From: Octopus vulgaris
Lineage: Eukaryota
Length of the DNA: 64,000 bases
Direction of reading: 5' to 3'
NCBI GenBank assembly: GCA_951406725.2
Contig: OX597818.1
Coordinates: forward strand, 30,628,001-30,692,000
The stretch's first letter is position 1. Each line of letters begins with the position of its first letter. The notes under the pieces are model-generated. The model had not been told where the DNA came from and did no database searches. It saw only the letters and a list, made by a program, of their open reading frames with translations. Shown in pieces: positions 50,375-63,549 of this stretch. A program made the translations under genes and the position numbers.

Positions 50375-50742
50375 GGCGCAGGCATAACTGTACATATAGT
50401 TAAGAAGCTCGCTTTGTAACCAAGGGGTTTCGGGTTTAGTCCCACTGCGTGCCATCTTGGGCAAGTGTCTTCTGCCCAAGTGTCCAGGGCCGATCAATGC
50501 TTTATGAGTGAAGTTAGTCGACATGAACTATACGGAAGCCCGTTGTAAGTGTGTGTGTGTTTGCGTTTGTCTCCTCCTGGTTTGTTTGTATTCCTGTGAC
50601 TTAGCGGTTCGATAAAAGAAACCAATACAATAAGTACTGGACTTTAAGTATATACTGATGTTGATTTGTTCGACTAAACCTCACAAAATGATCTCCGAGC
50701 ATGGCCGTAGTCCAATGACTGAAGCAAGTGAAAAGTAAAAGA
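50375..50742 (+). mobile_element. SINE family A, diverged
   Basis: cttgggcaagtgtcttct core and tail. Confidence 0.75.
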
Positions 50743-51522
50743 TAAATTAAGAAAAGCAAAACTGATTTTTTTTGTACGTTTTTTGTTATGCTATATTTTG
50801 CTTATTTTCTAAATAGCAACAACAGCAATAAGATGGCTTAACAATTAAGAAAATTAAAAAAAAAGTAAGCTAATTTTTTCATTTTTTTTCTTTTACTGTG
50901 TTGCTCCGTTTTGTTTATTTAAAAATGCAACAAATAGCCACCACTTGAAAACTAAATGGCTGCTAAAAATACGGAGCATGCTGCTCGAGAAATAAACTAA
51001 AAACATGCTTTTGTTGGCTCATTATTTAGCCCATCCTTTACTAAGTGTTCAATTGACTACTTATAGTGTCAAACAGCTAGTCAAGTGCACGTGTTCAAGA
51101 ATCAATTTGAAGCGGGAAATGAGCCTGCTACTAAAGGAAACGCACCACACATCTTCCCCTCATCACGTCATTCACCCCGAACTTAACAGCGTTCAACTTA
51201 AACGAGACGCCATTTTAAATATATATAAACGAAAAAAAAAAAGGGCATTATATCAATTGGTATATAACTAAATATAACTGTGTCTCTTTTAATTGCAAAA
51301 TTATACCCACTCTAGCTATGGAAACGTCCCTATTTATTTTTCGGTAAAGTTTAATTTATAAGTTGCAACTTTTACGAAATTGCCTTTAAAGAATTTTTCT
51401 GTGAAGCATACACATATGAACACACATGAGCAGATACATGTATGCAAGCATACATAGACATATACATACATAAAACACACACATACATACTCACACACAT
51501 GTATATGTATGTATGTATGTCA

Positions 51523-52168
51523 GGTCACTTTCGAGTGCTACTGGTAACATGTAACCCAGTACAACCTGTTGCATGGTCAGGCCGTCGGCGACTAAACCGG
51601 CAACACCACCAAGCTTGCTTGGTGAGGAGGGTGTTTATTGGACACCCTGCGGGATGAAAAACAAAACTCGCCAAAGGGCGGAGGAACTCTTGAGAGTCAA
51701 CGGCCATCCAATAAATGTGTAACTTTTTTTTTAAGGCTTAAGGCTGTATCATGTGCGGGGACATAGAAAAAATCGGACTGAATACCCGATCGCGCGGTTA
51801 AATCATTGGGAGTGAAGGACTCCTAGCCTTTGTTAGGTTATCCTTCGAGGAGAAGGTAACTCAGGTAACTGGGATAACTCCGACATAAAACCTGCGGCTC
51901 AGTGGTTACCGATGATGTTGATTTGTTCTTTTCGGATTATGGCTGCTGTTGCTTAGTGAGTGGGATTGACTCAGTGCACAGCCTTTCCTCACTTTAAAAA
52001 AAATTGCACGATAACAACATTGTTCATGATTGTTGATGGTGCTGTGAGTCTCAACTGAATGGCTGGTTGTAGCCTTAAAAAGCAAATAAAAGTCACATTC
52101 GATCACAGCTCCAATAACAGTTAAGCTTCCTGCAATGGCCATACCCGATAACGAGGGGGCAGCCATCG
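51523..52168. mobile_element. Unclassified about 650-bp insertion into a (TATG)n tract
   Basis: More GC-rich block flanked by tgtatgtatgtca on both sides. Confidence 0.5.
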
Positions 52169-52429
52169 TGTATGTATGTCATTCTGAGTGTCTGTACATG
52201 TGTGTATTTATAAGGGATGAATCATTGGTTCTTAAAGCGGTGCGTGTAATTTTAAAAACCAGAACTATTTAATTAAAATAGGGTACATATAACATGTATG
52301 TTCCTTCTTTCATTTGCTTTTCATAAAAAATGACAGACTAGTATTAAAATCGGATTAGTTATTTGCATTCATTTTGATATCATAGGCAATACGTTATTGC
52401 ACTCCTTGCATTTATGAAAGAAAACACTT

Positions 52430-52490
<61 letters not shown>

Positions 52491-52689
52491 ACAATCTTTT
52501 CCTTCCAATTAATCTTATATGTTAACGCATTACATCCAGTAATAAATATGTTATGACTTATTACGAACGTCTTACAAATTTTATTTTTTTTTGTCGTTTA
52601 CGTACAAGATGGCGACCCCTCTTTCTCGCATACAATTATAAAAATTATAGGATGTCGCTTACTGACATCACTATATATCTTGACTTTTT

Positions 52690-53055
52690 ATTTGATTCAG
52701 TCATTGGACTCCTGGGCCATGATGAGGTACTACCTTGAAGGAGTTAGCTGAACAAATTGACTCCGCAGCCTATTTTTTCAAAATACCTGGCACGTATTCT
52801 CTCGCTCTCTTATGTAGAATCGTTAAGTTATGGGGACGTAAACAGACCAACACCAGTTGTCAAACGTATAGTGGGTGGATGGGGGACAAACACGAACACA
52901 CACATACACACACAACAGGCTCCTTTTAGTTCCCGTCTACCAGATCCATTCACAAGGCTTTGGTCGGTCCAAGGTTATAGTAGAAGACTCTTACCCAAGG
53001 TACCACGAATCGGGGTTGAACCTGGAACCTCGTAGCAAACTTCTTACCACCTAGC
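52690..53055 (-). mobile_element. SINE family A, diverged
   Basis: cacaaggctttggtcgg...tagtagaagac...cccaagg core. Confidence 0.75.
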
Positions 53056-53572
53056 CAACGAAATCATTTATTCTTAACAATATGTCTATCCTTCTGGCTG
53101 ATTTTCGATAGTTATAAATACAAGAATTCTGTAAGCTAAAGGCAGTTACTTAGAGCTGCCATCAGTGAGTGCGAACGTTATTATAGCACTTTCTTCATTT
53201 CAGTCTTAAATATTAAACACTTCATTCATATATTTATATACATATATATACCACATTTATATATTACCTTTAATAAATTAGCCTTCATAAAGTCCACCTT
53301 TAAAATACCACGCCGAGTCAGAGTACTCTCGCCAACCTCCGAAAACCTCTCTCGCCAACCTCCAACAATCTTTCCCTACTACAGCTGGCAGTTTTTTGCA
53401 CTTTTTCGCGACGGAAAATACACCTTTTGTGGCAGTTATAACGAAATTGCTTTCTTATAACAGAGTAATAAGACATTTAAATAGAACATCTTTACACCCG
53501 GGAATTACGCGGTACACCAGCCAGTACATACATTAAGCAAAACATACAAATCTGCACACATACATACATACA

Positions 53573-53606
<34 letters not shown>

Positions 53607-54709
53607 ATACATTCATACATACATACATACATATATAATACATAAATACATACATACATACATACATACATACATGCATGCATGCATGCATGCATACATA
53701 CATACATACGAACATATAGATAGATAATAAATAAATAGAATGTGTGAGACAGGGAGAGGGAGGGGGAGGGATAGAGAGGGGGAGAGAGAGCGAGGGAGAT
53801 AATATATATACATACGTACATACATAGGTATATGCATATATATATATAGAAGACGGGGGAAAGATGTAACATCGCCTGCGGGATTCGAATGTTGCATTTA
53901 CTGTAAGCCCTATAATTATGCTAACCCACTACACCAAAGCGCTATCACAACTTTGACCGTAAAAATTAAGAGACTTAACCTGAACACCTAACATTATCTG
54001 CCAGCGGCCTGTTAGTATAACAACGTGTAGAAAGTGTACTCAGCACTGTATTGGTAGGATTTAATTTACTTGTTTAGTTAGATTACAATATCCTGTACCC
54101 CGCTTTTTCTAAGGCAATAACGCGTGATTTAAGGGAGGTTTGGGTACTTTTTCTAGCCGGTAGAGCGACTACTTTGAGACCTCACTCTTTGTTCAGGCAG
54201 ATCCATGATCAAAAATGACTCACTGTGGTCATCTTTTTCTTTTCTTTCATTTCCAGATACAGAATATTTTAAACTACATTATCGGGTGTGTACTTTCTTT
54301 AACAGATATAGGATGTGGTGTCAAGGAAATTTGGCAGCTATTTATAGCAAGTTGGTTAAGTGAATACAAGATCGGTCAACAAGACGGATAAACCGAGTAA
54401 AGAGTTACCAACTATCCACCAGTAATGCACGGGTATATAAAAATACCAGTAATGGTGCATGAACTGCAAGACCGCTGAAGGAAAGACAGATCCTTGGTTC
54501 TTGGAATAAAATCTAAAAGGGTATTTTTTATCCCAAGCTGGGATACCGTCTGGAAGGGTTTAGTCGAACTAATCGATTCCTGCAATTATTTAAAAAAAAA
54601 AAACTGCTACTTATTCTATTGGTCTCTTTTTGTCGAAACGTTAAGTTACAGGAACGTAAAACAAATTAACACCAGATTTCAAGTAATGGTGGGGGACAAA
54701 CACAACATA

Positions 54710-55232
54710 TCGTAAATCCTCGTGTATAATCCGCAATTTCCCCCCCAAAATTTAATGGTCAAAATCCCTAGTGCGTACTATATACGAGGTTAAAAATGAA
54801 AAATATTTCCTAAGCAATGTCCGAGTCTCTATTTGCTGTCCGGCAATGTTTATTCAGACGCATTTTGTGATGTCGGGCGCGAAAATACCTTAAGCTAAGC
54901 CTGAAAGCAATGAAGTTATAAAAGAATCGTTCATAACTTGCAGTAAGCAACATATATTAAAATAGAAGTAATCAGAACACAGAATAACATGTAACAAAAA
55001 CAATTTGCAAACATATTTACATTCCCATATAACAGTTAAGAACATCATCATTATTATATTATGCATGCGCGGAAGTGTTTGTTTGACTAGGTGCTGCTGG
55101 CTTAATTACGCACGACTCAAGTTAGAGAAGGGGTGCATATTATACACAAGGTTAAGGCTTTTCAGAGGTACATCCCCCTAAAAATTCCCTGCGTATTATA
55201 CTCAAGGGCGGACTATACTCGAGGATTTACGG
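54710..55232. mobile_element. Tc1/pogo-type MITE inserted in a SINE
   Basis: TA-flanked TIRs cgtaaatcctcgtgtataatccgc / gcggactatactcgaggatttacg; SINE family A halves on both sides. Confidence 0.8.
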
Positions 55233-55856
55233 TAAACACAAAGACACACACACATAGGTGCATGCACATACACGCATATATATTTATATACGATAGGCTT
55301 CCAAACCCACCGAGAAAGCTTTGGTCGGTTCGAGAGTATTATAGTAGAAGACACTTGCCCAAGGTGCCGTGCAGTGGGACTGAACCCAAGACCACATCAT
55401 TTGGAAGCAAGCTTCTTAACCTCACAGCTACACTTACAAAATAATAATAATGATAATAATAAAAATACAGAGGTCATTCAGTTTCTCGTTGTTCCCAGTA
55501 AATAATAGACAGCGGAAAGAAAGCTGTTTTATCTGAAATGCCAGTGCAGTTTGTGCATAGTTCATTTTAAATTAATTTGACGCGCAGGAAATTCTCGGAG
55601 TTTCAAATACACGGCAGAACTTTCAAAAGTGATCGTTGCCGTAGCGGTGGTCGAGGAATCATGATTGATAATGACAATGATAAAAGTACTACTTCAGCAG
55701 TCGAGAGTACGTGTATCACAGACAGTACGTGTATCACAGTCAGCAACAGGCCCACTTTTCCGGCTGCGCACGCGGCTATATCCGGTTATCTTATACTCTG
55801 TGTGAAATCGATTGGTAAGATCGCTTTTAATGGATCTAAAATACTGTATACTTTGA

Positions 55857-55920
<64 letters not shown>

Positions 55921-55936
55921 GAGGTACACGCATACT

Positions 55937-55979
<43 letters not shown>

Positions 55980-56365
55980 CAATGATAAATATCAATGTGA
56001 GTTATATACAGTAGCGGTAACACAACGTGACGTATTTTTGCCATTTCAATATGGCTAACCCCTAAGGGTGGGTGCTACTGTAGTTTTTAATTAGATTTCC
56101 TTCACAAATACTTATACTTTTTCCAGCGTCCACTGTCGCTGATATTGAAAAAGTGAAATCAAACAATGATAAAACTCGAGTCCGTGTGTATCATAAGTTG
56201 AAGACACTTCCTTGCAAATACATTGTCTAATTTATTTTATCTTTTGGCTTCTTCTACATTGCTAATTTATTTTATCTGGTGCTGTATGAACACTTAATGT
56301 GGTTTTAGAGTCAGGTTTTGGCTGCTATTTCCAGCGTGGCGGTATGTCTTAGATACCCTAAATTA

Positions 56366-56423
<58 letters not shown>

Positions 56424-57374
56424 GTGTGTGTAATGGGTGTAGTGAGTTTTTCCTAGCATTTCTAGATTTATAGGAAATATTATATTGACAAGGAAATGAA
56501 CTTTCGGTTCTAATCCAGAAAGGATTTCGTCTATAATTAATCCAATAGGCTGGGGTTTCGTTGTCTTCTTTCTCTTTACCATACACAGGTTACAAATTCC
56601 GTTTGTTTGTGGAGACTTTTTTACTAGTAGTAGAAATAGTGACCTATTTGGCTGCTATTTCTAATATTTTCGGTATGTGGTTTTGAGCAACTTGTTGCAA
56701 TTAACCCTTTATTATATATATATATATATATATATATACATACACGCATATATATTAGTATGTATACACACTGACACACTCACACCAACACATATAACGC
56801 TATTTATACTTACTCAAATAGCTCTTATATTTACGTATCGTAGTGGATTCAGGAAGTCCTATTGATACCAAATACGATATGCATATAAAATTGGAAAGTA
56901 TTTATTTGTGAGTTGGGATGAAGCGGGGAAATCTGAGTACCGACCTTATTCATAAACTTAGGAATCGGAGATATTATTTATTTTCTACTTCAGATTCATA
57001 TCGGACCCAGCTTTTTGCTGAGAGTCATTTGAGGATGTATAATGGCATTATATGTGTTGGTGTGTGCAGATATATATATATATGCATGTATATATGTATG
57101 TATATATAGCTAGGTATGTATAGATGTATGTGTGTGAGAGAGGGAGAGTGACAGACTTAATGACGACAGTGATATGCTGCCTATTAAAACATAGATGCCA
57201 AATATTGTGAGGACGATACTATGTGGTTGCTCGGTTTGTTAGAGTTAACAAACGAATTTCTCTCAAATAGCAACTTACTGTCCAAGGTTAAAGAACATAG
57301 TCGATAATATAGCTTGTGGTTCAAGTTATATTATATAAACTTAGATAAACTAAGATATGTTTCGGCCAAAAAAT

Positions 57375-57972
57375 GGATCTTTACCTTTTGACCGACAGAT
57401 TGAAAAAATAATTTTTTGTAGCTAAAACTTTCAAACTTCGGACACTGGTAGAATGTGTCATATAAAACATCTTTTACTCTTAGCGTTTTTGAGAAAAGCT
57501 TATATTTAGGAAGTTATTTCACGTTAAAGTTGTCGTATTTCGGTAATATCAACCAATCAATGACGTGTATTCAGCTGAATAAAATTATTGCTGTTGTTTG
57601 TCAACAACAAATATCGGCAGTGTATATTTCATTTGTCACTGTTATTTATGATATCGTTCGTGCGTTTGTACTGGTTTTAGCTTTAAGGTTTTAGGGTTAG
57701 GGTGGTAGGGTTAGGGTTTTAGGGTTAGGGTTGTCATAAGTTCTTGTTGACAAACAACAGCAGTAATTTTATTCAGCTGAATACACGTTATTGGTTGAAA
57801 TTACCGAAATACGACAACTTTAACGTGAAATAGCTTCCTAAATATAAGCTTTTCTCAAAAACGCTAAGAGTAAAACATGTTTTATATGACATTCTACCAG
57901 TGTCCGAAGTTTGAAAGTATTTAGTTACAAAAAAATTATTTTAAAAATCTATCGGTTAAAAGGTAAAGATCC
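57375..57972. mobile_element. Foldback MITE with about 230-bp arms, 8-bp TSD and central TTAGGG-like repeats
   Basis: GGATCTTTACCTTT...AAAGGTAAAGATCC; flanks caaaaaat/caaaaatt. Confidence 0.88.
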
Positions 57973-58059
57973 CAAAAATTTGCTTAAGCCTTGTCTAGCT
58001 TAATACCATCACCATCTGATGGAATCTGCTAAGTCATTTTAAAGTCAAGTTTTGTGGTA

Positions 58060-58380
58060 TCAAGGCAGGTTCAAGCAGAGCGTTGTTGTTGGTCGAGATA
58101 TATCCGGGTATAGGTGGCTTGTCTGGTCTTCTTTGAAGAAATTTGTCCAGAGGTCGTTTGAAAATGATGGGGTTGATTTGCTTTGATTTGTTTTAGGATA
58201 ATGTCAAATAGAGCGGGGCCTGTTGAAGAAATGTTGCAGCGTATTTATGTGTTGTGAGCCTAAATTGTGTAGGTGTCATGTGGCGCGTGGTCTAGCCTTG
58301 GATGAATTCTGAATTTGATGTTAAAGTCATTTGGCCAATGCTAGTGGTGTATTCTCATTGAGCAAATGATGTAAGGCTTA
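58060..58380 (-). mobile_element. L2/CR1-like LINE 3' coding remnant
   Basis: GPALFDII...FKRPLDKFLQ..PDKP..PGY..NN motif. Confidence 0.6.
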
Positions 58381-59120
58381 CTATAATTAGAAAAATGTCA
58401 AGGTGATCAAGGCTGGAATACTTTTGGTAATAGTTCTACTCAATCGGAATCGACTCGGGTCTAAACATCTAGAATTCCTACTTAGGATAGCTAACAAGTA
58501 ACCTATCTTCCTGTCAAAGTTAATCCTTCCAGTAGAAGACTCCTCAGGGCCACTATCGTATTAAACATATGACGAATTAATTCTTACTTATCTCTGGAAT
58601 GGACTCTATGCAGAAACTATATCGGTATAGCATTTAGTTCGTCGCATTAGTGAATTTGGCCATTGACTATCAACCTCGTGTGCAAAGGATGACCTGGTAA
58701 GTAACAGCCACTAAATCACCCTCTACCACATTCTACTAACTTGGAAGGAGACGCTTCTCGAGAAAGGTTACCCATACCAGCATCAGGCAATGTAGTCCTT
58801 AAAGAAACAGATGTGGTGGTCTCGTCTAGAACGTTTTGATTGTTCTGCTCAATCATCTGAACAACACAAGCTTCGAAACCCTAGCAATAATTACTTTCGC
58901 ACCTGACAGTTATTTCTTTCAAATCTAGTTAACCAAACGGGCAAATCTTAATAACCTCAATATCCCTAACCGGTGATATTACTCATTTTCACGGACCACT
59001 AACACCACGCCATGGTTTTAAAAACTGGCAGAGTTTACAGCCAGTTCCTTCATTACCTGTTAAGTAATGATAAATGAAGGTAGGAAGATAAGAATTAAGT
59101 AATCATTGTACTATTGTGAC

Positions 59121-59267
59121 TACGTTCTGAGTTCAAATTCCGCCGAGGTCGACTTTGCCTTTCATCCTTTCGGGGTCGATAAATTAAGTACCAGTTACGC
59201 ACTGGGGTCGATATCTGTCCTTGTTTGTCCCCTCTGTGTTTAGCCCCTTGTGGGTAGTAAAGAAATA
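59121..59267 (+). mobile_element. 5'-truncated SINE family C with 16-bp TSD
   Basis: ATTGTACTATTGTGAC at 59105-59120 and 59268-59283. Confidence 0.88.
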
Positions 59268-60404
59268 ATTGTACTATTGTGACAAACGATATTTCACATG
59301 TTTATGTTTCTAGACTGATAGTTGCTTCATCAGCCTCAGATGAATGATTGACAAACTCAATCCCAGAGGGAGTTAAACTAAAAACATAAAGGGTCAAAGT
59401 AAACACAAAATATTTTACGGCAGACGACTGAAAGAACAACATATTCCTCTTCTCCTTCTCTTTCTCTGGCATTGTAGGAGATTTGTTGTAATCATCTCTC
59501 AGTGTAATATCGCTACTAATGAAATTTGAATAATAATAATAATTATTATAAAGCACTTGAAAGGCTACTGAAAACTTGTGGAAACCTAAGGTTACAGGTA
59601 GTAACCTGCTATCCACACAGTCCCTACCGGGAATAAGACCTGGGTCAAATAAAAAATAATAATAATATGCCCTGATGCAGCACTAGGCAGTGGCTCTCAT
59701 GGCTTCTGATCTTAACTGATTGGAACTGTTATCATGTATATGTTTTGTCTTGGTATAGAAGTTGTCGAGAGGAATTCTTTGGAAACATAGGTGTTTTGTT
59801 CAACATCCTTAAACAAATCTTGTTCTGGACCTTTTGAGCAGGATGGGCTACTCGAACTGAAAAAAATCCTGAGCCCAATCTGCAAGGTCATGTGTGTTAA
59901 TCTTGATATGAGGTCACCACGTCACGCATATACGGTTGTGATACATGTACCTGGTGTACCTTATCAGACGCGTAGTGATGATAGGTATATTGGGCTTTGT
60001 ATATTTGTACCCCAGTGTCACTTTGATGGTATGCATTGCTCTCTCACTCAATAATGATGATAGTAGTAGTAGTAGTAGTAATTCTTTCTACTGGAAGCAC
60101 AAGGCCTCAAATTTGGGAGAAGGGATTAAGTCGATTACATCGACCCCAGTGCGTAAATGTTACTTAATAATAATAATAGCTCTGACGCAATACCAGGTAC
60201 AGGCTCTCATGTCTTCTGATCTTAACTGATTGGAATTGTTATCGTGTATATCGTTTTGTCTTGGTATAAAAGATGGGTTACACCAAATATTCCACTCAAT
60301 ACCGCAGATTCGCTTGTCAGTTGTTTGACCATAACCAGATGAATATGCCCAGCGTGTTAACAATTCTAATAGCTCGCTGCCTTAACAACGACAACAACAA
60401 CGAG

Positions 60405-61208
60405 ATAGAAAGTTTGTTAGTAGCTGCATAAGATCAAGCATTAAGGACTAATTAGAAAAAACCCAAGATAAACAAAAACCAAGCAGATTCCCAATGTAGA
60501 CTATGCGAATCAAAAGAAGAAAGCATTACTCATATAGTATGTGGGTGTAGCATTCTAGCACAGAAAGAATACAAGAGAAAATATGATAACCTAAGGAGAA
60601 CAATCCACTGGGAGCTATGTAGAAAGCTAGGATTTGAACATACTGATAGATGGTATGAACATGAACCTAGTAAAGTACTAGAAAAAAAGAAAAAATATAA
60701 GATATTGTGGGACTTTAACATTTAGACTGATTGAGTAATAGAAGCTAGAAAGCCTGATTTGGTAGTAAGTAGATAAGGCGAATAGAAAGTGCTTTATAAT
60801 TGATAATTGACTTTACAGTCCCAAATGAGGAAAAAATTAATATGAGAAGTATAGAAGGTATAGAAAAAATAGTAAAGTACCAGGACCTAGCTATTGAATT
60901 AGAGAGACTATGGAAAGAGCGGGTAAAATGTATCCCAGTAGTTATATGTGCATTGGGAACTATCCCTAAAGGTCTGAACAAATGGATAGAGGAAATAGGC
61001 ATAAAACCCAGTTTAGTACAGCTCCAGAAAATAGTGTTGTTAGGGACAGCTAGGATACTTAGGAGGGTTCTTGGTATCTAAGGTTACTTGCTGTAACTCA
61101 ATAGGAGGATTCTTGGCATCTAAGGCTACTTGTTGTAGCCCGATGTTAGGATTCTTTTCTTTTCTAACAGTCTAATATGTTGAGTGTATATGAAAATAAT
61201 AATAATGA
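60405..61208 (+). mobile_element. R4/Dong-type non-LTR retrotransposon 3' end (CCHC finger plus restriction-like endonuclease), pseudogenised
   Basis: CRLCESKEESITHIVCGC, KILWDFNI, RKPDLV, KYQDLAIELERLW, PVVICALGTIPK, LQKIVLLGTARILRRVL; (AAT)n tail. Confidence 0.9.
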
Positions 61209-61534
61209 TAGCTTTAAATTAACCATAACCACGCCTCGGATTTGCCTCATTAGCCAATAATGTTTCACGATTAATTCGCTTTGTTGATGAGATGACAAAC
61301 TCTTAACAAGGTCAAAATCGTAAGAATTGTAAAGTTTCACACTTTCAATGACGTCATTGCAAAGGATAGTTTAAAAGAGGTCGAGACGGTCTTAGTCTTC
61401 GAGACAGCTGAGTGTCAAAAACCTAAACAGTAAGAAGCATTTGACGACTACTTCTTGGTATTTAATTACAATTGTAATGGGGTGAGAAAATCACTAGAGA
61501 ATACTTACAAGTATGCATATTCATATCAGTGTGT

Positions 61535-61565
<31 letters not shown>

Positions 61566-61729
61566 CATACGTGTGTATGCGTGCGTGTATGTTTGTGTGC
61601 TTGTATAGACACACACACGTTATGCACATATACATACATAAATACATATGTGTGTATGCGTGTGTATATATATATACATATAGATATAATTATGTGTTTA
61701 TTTATGTATGTATATGTGAGTGAGTGAGT

Positions 61730-61782
<53 letters not shown>

Positions 61783-62444
61783 TGTGTGTGTGTATACAGG
61801 CATTTCTCACGTAACCGAATTTCACGCAGCTGCTTGAGCACTTGACCCCATTGTGTTTTTATTGTCAGGTATTGTTCTCACTGCAGACGTTGGAAATCTG
61901 AATTGTTCTGCAAAATCGCTGCGATTTTCTCCTGCACTGAAACCATTTAAAACACTAAATATTGCATTGCATGCTAACACAATCTCCTATAGACAATAGC
62001 GGTAGTTTCGGAAATTTTGTGACCTCGCTAAAATTGTTGACAAAGTTTCGTCTTGTCGTGAAAGTACATGCCAAATGCAGAAATGAGTAAATAAATCTTA
62101 AAACAATGTTTCTCTGTGAGTGTAAAATCGATATATCAGATGATGGTTTCTGCTGCTCACAAATTGCTACATAGCATATATTTTGGCCTCTTGTTTGATT
62201 CTACTCAGCATCAAGAGAAAATAGCAGGATAAGTTTGTCATACTGATATTGATTTTAATGAGAAAAAAATTTCATGACAAGAATCTTTTCTTAGCTTTAT
62301 CTAATCAAAATGAAAGTACGCTGAAAACAAATAATAAATGAAATTCTATTATAAAACTGTCCATCTCAGTGTTGTCAATATCGCAGGCAATTAATATAAA
62401 GTTGTTTTTGTAAATTGCGACAATCATTTTCTTCTTGTGTTGAG

Positions 62445-62787
62445 ACAGCATTCACTCGGGGTGGGTTGAGCTGGCTTCATTCATCCTCAATGTCGCATCT
62501 CTCACAAGCGCCGACCAGACCTGGCGATTTGAGGTTAACGACCGCGTGATCTCCAAACACTCCCTATTCCAGCGGCGAACGCCGTAGATATGGGGGCCTA
62601 GGTTGGGTTCCAGATCACCCTTGACTGTCATCAGCCAGATTTTTCGTTGTCCACCACATCGCTTTCGCCAACCCTGAAAGCGAAAGCGACGGGCCTAGGT
62701 TGGGTTCCAGATCAGCCTTGACTGTCATCAGCCAGGGTTTTCGTTGTCCACCACATCGCTTTCGCCAACCCTGAAAGCGAAAGCGAC
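62445..62787 (-). mobile_element. RTE LINE 3' end with 97-bp tandem duplication (62594-62690/62691-62787)
   Basis: GWRKRCGGQRKIWLMTVKGDLEP...NRQVWSALVRD. Confidence 0.75.
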
Positions 62788-63324
62788 AATCATTCTCTCA
62801 ATTTGGTTGGATGAATTTTTTTGAAAAAAATAACAGCCACTGGCAGATACAATATCTGAACTGCGTAGTGTCCGATAATTTTCGTTCGCTTATGAATAAA
62901 CTTCTTTTTACATACCGTCAGTTTTCTTAACCAACGAGAAATTCAACAGTGTGCAGCAAAGCTTGATGAACAAATGCAAAATATTGGATGTGCATTAGGA
63001 ATTAAATGGCTTTCAAGCTCCTTCAGATCTGTCCCAGCAGTTTGGGGGTGGCCATGCACCGTTGTTACCGTTTTGAGAATGTCAGTAGTGTCAATGATTA
63101 AAGTCGATCAAAGGCTGACAAGTGCATCTTTAGAGAACTTCATGAATGCATTTATTTCATGAACATATTATGACGTTCCTTGACCTACCATATATGTACT
63201 ATGTATTGTTGAAGTATACCTCTTTCGTACAGAAATAAAAATATCACTATAGTCTGTGCGAACAAGTTAATTCGTCACACATACGATTTTTGGAAGTTAG
63301 AAAGTAATAACGCAAAAATAAAAA

Positions 63325-63549
63325 GAGTCATTTTCTTTTAGTGCCTTATTATTTATCACACTCACCGGTTCGATTTTCACTCACTTAGTTATTTATTTAA
63401 AAAAAAATTTTAGTTGCGTCTTGAGAGTCAACGACTATTGAAGAGGTTGCGAGACGCAACGAAAATTTTTAGAAAAAATAAATAACTAAATGAGTGGAAA
63501 TCTAACCGGTGCGTGTGTTAAATAATAAGGCAGTAAAAGAGAATGACTC
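63325..63549. mobile_element. Self-inverted element with hammerhead-like motif at 63435-63472(+)
   Basis: About 95-bp arms; cua-UUGAAGA-g-guugcg(aga)cgcaac-GAAAAUUUU-uag. Confidence 0.6.

Noticed and set aside
55577-56044. CpG-richer region with ORFs as promoter or first exon
   Set aside because: ORFs run into microsatellites and there is no phase-1 donor; a promoter role cannot be shown from sequence.
57348-58002. Possible hammerhead split by the MITE (ggccGAAAC on one side, ctagacaaggc on the other)
   Set aside because: The 5' core is too degenerate to call.
59302-59472. Signal-peptide-like ORF (MLFFQSSAVKYFVFTLTLYVFSLTPSG) as first exon of the minus gene
   Set aside because: The only phase-compatible donor seen is a weak A|GTCTAG; not supportable without transcripts.
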